A DNA stretch of 64,000 nt from Planctomycetales bacterium (GTDB taxonomy: Bacteria > Planctomycetota > JAKEIC01), in the NCBI GenBank assembly GCA_022614695.1, contig JAKEIC010000342.1, positions 4,012 to 68,011 of the forward strand. Reading direction: 5' to 3'. Of this stretch, positions 61,215-64,000 are shown one piece after another; the stretch's first letter is position 1; the number at the start of each line of letters is the position of its first letter. A program made the position numbers and the translations under genes. Under the pieces are notes generated by a model, which had not been told where the DNA came from, made no database searches, and was given only the letters and a program-made list of their open reading frames with translations.

Positions 61215-62240
61215 GTGGCCCGACTCCTTCGCGTCGCCGCGATCCAGGCCGAGCCGGAGGTCCTCCGCCTTGCGGCCTCGGTCGAGAAGGCCGTGGGCCT
61301 CCTCGACGAGGCGGCGGCCCGCGGGGCGCGACTCGCGGTCTTCCCGGAGACGTTCCTCTGCGCCTATCCGGCGTGGGCCCACGCGAGCCCCTTCGACGAC
61401 CCGGCCGCGAAGCGGGCGCATCGGAGGCTCCTCGAGGAGTCGCCCCGCGTCCCGGGACCCGAGACGGAGCGGCTCGGCGCGGCCGCGCGGGAGCGGGGTC
61501 TGGCGGTCGCGATCGGCGTGAACGAGCGGGCGGGTCACGGGACGGTCCTCTACAACAGCCTCGTCTACATCGGGAACGACGGGAGACTCGCCGGGTTGCA
61601 CCGGAAGCTTGTCCCGACCCACCACGAGAGGACCGTCTGGAGCCCCGGCGACGGGAGCACTCTCGCGCCGGTGACGCTCGCGGGCGCCCGCGTCGGCGGG
61701 CTTCTCTGCTTCGAGAACTACATGCCTCTCGCCCGGTTCTCCCTCTACGCCCAGGGAGTGGAGGTCTACCTCGCCCCGACCGCCGACGACCGCGAGGCGT
61801 GGCAGCACTCCCTCAGCCACCTCGCGCAGGAGGCGCGGGCCTACGTGATCTCGCCCTGCATCCTGCAAAGGAAGTCCTCGTTCCCCGCGGACTTCCCCCT
61901 CCGGAACGACCCCGCCTGGGCGCGCGAGCCCGAGGCGCAGGTGCGCGGCGGGACCGCGATCGTGGCGCCGGACGGGACGGTCCTGGCAGGTCCGGTCTAC
62001 GACCGGGAGGAGGTCCTCGTCGCGGACCTGGACCTCGACCGGATCCCCGAGGAGCGCCAGATCCTCGACGTGGCCGGCCACTACGCGCGCCCGGACGTCT
62101 TCTCGCTCCGAGTGGACCGGACGGCCCGCGACGCCGTCCGCTTCGTCGGCGGCGACGGCCGCGAGCCGGGCCCGCGAGCGCGGAGGCGCGCCGGGAGCCC
62201 CGAGCGCCGGACGCCTCGGCGCCGGCGGGGCGAGTCCTAG
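61215..62240 (+). CDS. nitrilase / carbon-nitrogen hydrolase family protein
   Basis: The Glu-Lys-Cys triad contexts are present: VFPETF, HRKLVPT, LLCFENYMP. Starting at 61215 gives the family-typical M..LRVAAIQ N-terminus. The ORF-track start at 61179 is also possible. Confidence 0.8.
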   Translation: MARLLRVAAIQAEPEVLRLAASVEKAVGLLDEAAARGARLAVFPETFLCAYPAWAHASPFDDPAAKRAHRRLLEESPRVPGPETERLGAAARERGLAVAIGVNERAGHGTVLYNSLVYIGNDGRLAGLHRKLVPTHHERTVWSPGDGSTLAPVTLAGARVGGLLCFENYMPLARFSLYAQGVEVYLAPTADDREAWQHSLSHLAQEARAYVISPCILQRKSSFPADFPLRNDPAWAREPEAQVRGGTAIVAPDGTVLAGPVYDREEVLVADLDLDRIPEERQILDVAGHYARPDVFSLRVDRTARDAVRFVGGDGREPGPRARRRAGSPERRTPRRRRGES

Positions 62241-62247
62241 GACCCGA

Positions 62248-63528
62248 TCACTCCACCACCGGCAGCCGGATCTTCTCCCTCTTCCCGCCGCGCAGCACCT
62301 CGATCTCGCAGGTCTTGCCCGCCTGCTGCGTCAGCCGGAACCAGGCCTGGAAATGCAGTTCGCTCTCGAAGTCGGCCTTCGCGGCGGCCGAGAGGACCAG
62401 GTCGCCCTTCTTGATGCCGGCTTTCGCGGCGTTCCGGCCCGTGTGGGCCTCGTCCCCCCAGTCCACGATGTACTGGACCCGGAACGCGAACGCGCCGGCG
62501 GGGAGGCCGGCCTTGGCGACGTCCTCGGGGGAGAGTCTCGGTCCCCCGAACCCGGGCTTCGGGGAGAGCCCCCACATCGAGGCCCGCCAGGAGAGGTCGA
62601 GGGGGGACCCGACTCGCCAGCCGGGGCGCAGCGCGACCTTCCCCTCCTTCGCCTCGCCGCCGCGCTCCCAGGCGAGGGGGAGCGTCCCCCCCGCGAACGG
62701 GGTCTCCTCCAGGACCCACTGCACGTCGGCGATCGTCCGCACGCGTCGCCCCCCAACGCGCGCGAGACGGTCCCCGGCGCGGAGCCCGGCGGCCGCAGCC
62801 GGCGACCGGGCGGCAATCTCCTTCACGAGAGTCTGGTCGGCGGGGTCCAGCGCGAGCCCCACGCGGGCGGGATCGGGCCAGAGCCAGATCGAGTCGCGGG
62901 ACCAGCGCTTCGCGTCCTGCGCCGTCCGCCGCTCCGACTCGTTCACCATGTGGCAGTGGAAGCACTTGGGAGCCTTCCCGGCCTTGATCTGCCTCGCCAT
63001 CGCGGGGATCTGTTCGATGGCGCGGACGGGGGCGGGCTTCGGAGGCCGCGGGCTCTTCCCGTACTCCTCGTGGTCGGCGAGCGTCTCCTTCATCGCGCGC
63101 ACGAGCGACGCGATCGAGAGCCGCGCCTCGGCGGGACCCCCGTCGCGGCCGCCGTACTGGCGGTAGATGGTCCCGTCGCCGTTCATGAGGAGCGCGGCGA
63201 ACGTGAGGTCGTAGTCGAAGCGGAAGACGCCGAGGTCCACCCCGGCCATGTCGAGGACGCGGACGCAGACGTAGTCCTTTGCCGCCTCGACGAACTCCGC
63301 GGGGGGACGGACCAACCGCCCGTCCCAGGACTGGCAGTCCTTTCAGGGCTCTCAGCGGAAGACGGCAAGGAGAGGCTTCCCGGACTGGGCGGCCTCGGCG
63401 CGCGCGAGAGTCAGGTCGGCGCGCCAGGAGAATGCCCCTGGCGCGCCCCCGTCCTGGGCGAGGGCTGGGAGAAGAGCCCCGGCCGCGAGGGCGGCGGGGA
63501 GGAACGCGAGGCGAGAGACGAGCGACAT
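62248..63528 (-). CDS. exported thioredoxin-like / CxxCH / double-PDZ protein with two in-frame TGA codons forming a U-E-P-U-K-D-C motif (predicted double-selenocysteine protein)
   Basis: GGAGGAGG lies 5 nt before the ATG at 63528. The signal peptide is MSLVSRLAFLPAALAAGALLPALA-QD. The protein then reads ..SGKPLLAVFR-TGA-GAG-CCC-TGA-AAG-GAC-TGC.. I checked codon by codon that this is contiguous in frame with ORF 62248..63315. PDZ-like segments include AAGLRAGDRLARVGG and AAKAGIKKGDLVL. Confidence 0.7.
63304..63326 (-). promoter_or_regulatory. SECIS-like hairpin 2 (GGGACGG gcgguuggu CCGUCCC)
   Basis: A 7-bp perfect stem. Its GU-rich 9-nt loop lies 25-33 nt after the second UGA (63343-63345). 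Confidence 0.4.
63327..63341 (-). promoter_or_regulatory. SECIS-like hairpin 1 (AGGACU gcc AGUCCU)
   Basis: A 6-bp perfect stem. Its apical loop lies 17-19 nt after the first UGA (63352-63354). Confidence 0.35.
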
Positions 63529-63544
63529 GGAGACCTCCTCCAGG

Positions 63545-63550
63545 ATCCTA
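63545..63550 (-). promoter_or_regulatory. TAGGAT -10-like hexamer built on the LpxL-like gene's TAG stop, 16 nt before ATG 63528
   Basis: Minus strand reads gtTAGGATcctggaggaggtctccATG. Confidence 0.35.
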
Positions 63551-64000
63551 ACCCGGCGCCTGCGCCCTCGGTTGGACGTCTCCCGGTCTCGTCCGCCACC
63601 GCCGGTGCATCCACATCCACTGCTCGGGCCGCTCCCGGACGTCGGCCTCGAGGACGCGCGTCCAGGCGAGCGTCGCGGCGCGGAGCCCCTCCTCGCCCGC
63701 CTCGCGCGGGGGGACCGGGATCCTCTCGTGGATCAGGGCCCGGTACCGGCTCCCCTCGCGGACGAGGAAGATCGGCCGGAGCGCCGCCCCCGCCGCCCGC
63801 GCGACGGAAAGCGGGGCGACCGGAGTCCAGGCCTCCGTCCCGAAGTAGGGGACGAAGACCCCCGGCAGGTCCCGCACGTCCTGGTCGGGGAGGATCCCGA
63901 CGAACTGGCGTTCCCTGAGGACGCGGAGGAGTTCCCGCGGGGAGTCGTCCTGGTACACGACGCGGAACCCGAGCCGCGCGCGCAGGCTCTCGGCGATGGC
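63548..64000 (-). CDS. lipid A biosynthesis (LpxL/HtrB-like) lysophospholipid acyltransferase, 3' part (5' end outside window)
   Basis: The C-terminal pattern is ..GILPDQD......VF.PFFG....T......LA...GA.......R......Y...........PEQWMW.HRRW. The frame is open to the window edge. Confidence 0.7.
   Translation of the reverse strand, partial: AIAESLRARLGFRVVYQDDSPRELLRVLRERQFVGILPDQDVRDLPGVFVPYFGTEAWTPVAPLSVARAAGAALRPIFLVREGSRYRALIHERIPVPPREAGEEGLRAATLAWTRVLEADVRERPEQWMWMHRRWRTRPGDVQPRAQAPG

Noticed and set aside
48534-63528. Genome-wide TGA reassignment (to Trp or Gly) as the explanation for the in-frame TGAs
   Set aside because: TGA terminates many well-supported genes here: K1 at 13045, ggt at 25648, the PP2C at 43609 and the DUF1570-like gene at 45551, often within GTGA or ATGA coupling overlaps. 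The in-frame TGAs occur only at CxxC positions, which fits site-specific Sec insertion.
1-64000. Mobile elements, prophage genes, rRNA, CRISPR or known defence systems
   Set aside because: I recognised no transposase, integrase, phage, cas or restriction-type motifs in any frame, and no terminal inverted repeats. The only RNA gene found is tRNA-Ser.

Overview
Very GC-rich bacterial chromosomal window. I call about 48 protein-coding genes and one tRNA. I saw no rRNA, CRISPR array, transposase or integrase. Most long ORFs in the six-frame track are Arg/Pro/Gly-rich overlap artefacts of the GC content. Genes were called from recognisable motifs, signal peptides, RBS or -10 geometry, and stop/start overlaps (ATGA, GTGA). 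Background content is housekeeping or accessory: M28/PDZ peptidase, Rieske oxygenase, hydroxyacid dehydrogenase, aminotransferase, GDPD, gamma-glutamyltransferase, MFS transporter, homocysteine-methyltransferase/MTHFR fusion, rhodanese, pterin carbinolamine dehydratase, M16-like protein, YfhO-like protein, methyltransferase, NUDIX, nitrilase and a partial LpxL-like acyltransferase. Four things stand out. (1) Two exported thioredoxin-fold genes carry in-frame TGA codons exactly at the redox-Cys positions: T-U-L-G-C at 49011-49013 and R-U-E-P-U-K-D-C at 63343-63354. Each has hairpins at bacterial-SECIS distances. The second would be a bacterial UxxU (two-selenocysteine) protein that also carries a CxxCH motif and two PDZ domains. 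(2) Five tandem paralogous genes (13042-23896), plus a sixth copy on the other strand (46177-~48018), encode a Ser/Thr-kinase C-lobe that starts precisely at the DFG motif, followed by a TM helix and a diversified TPR ectodomain. There is no N-lobe, Gly-loop, VAIK Lys or HRD loop. The array sits directly behind, and is translationally coupled to, a full-length kinase. The inter-copy junction reuses the promoter and start codon of the downstream ggt gene. (3) A co-oriented signalling cluster (33916-45808) holds a kinase with an MshEN-like N-terminus, a secreted propeller, a 1496-aa protein made of five PATAN/DUF4388 modules each carrying a 24+5+24 MshEN-type putative c-di-GMP motif, a PP2C phosphatase, a His/Cys-rich membrane protein, a DUF1570-like HExxH protein and a MoaD/ThiS-like GG protein. 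(4) A recurrent TAGRAT-type -10 hexamer is often built on the upstream gene's TAG stop and lies 6-10 nt before the next start codon. This implies leaderless or near-leaderless transcripts. All family names come from motif recognition by eye, with no database search. Start codons are the least certain coordinates.
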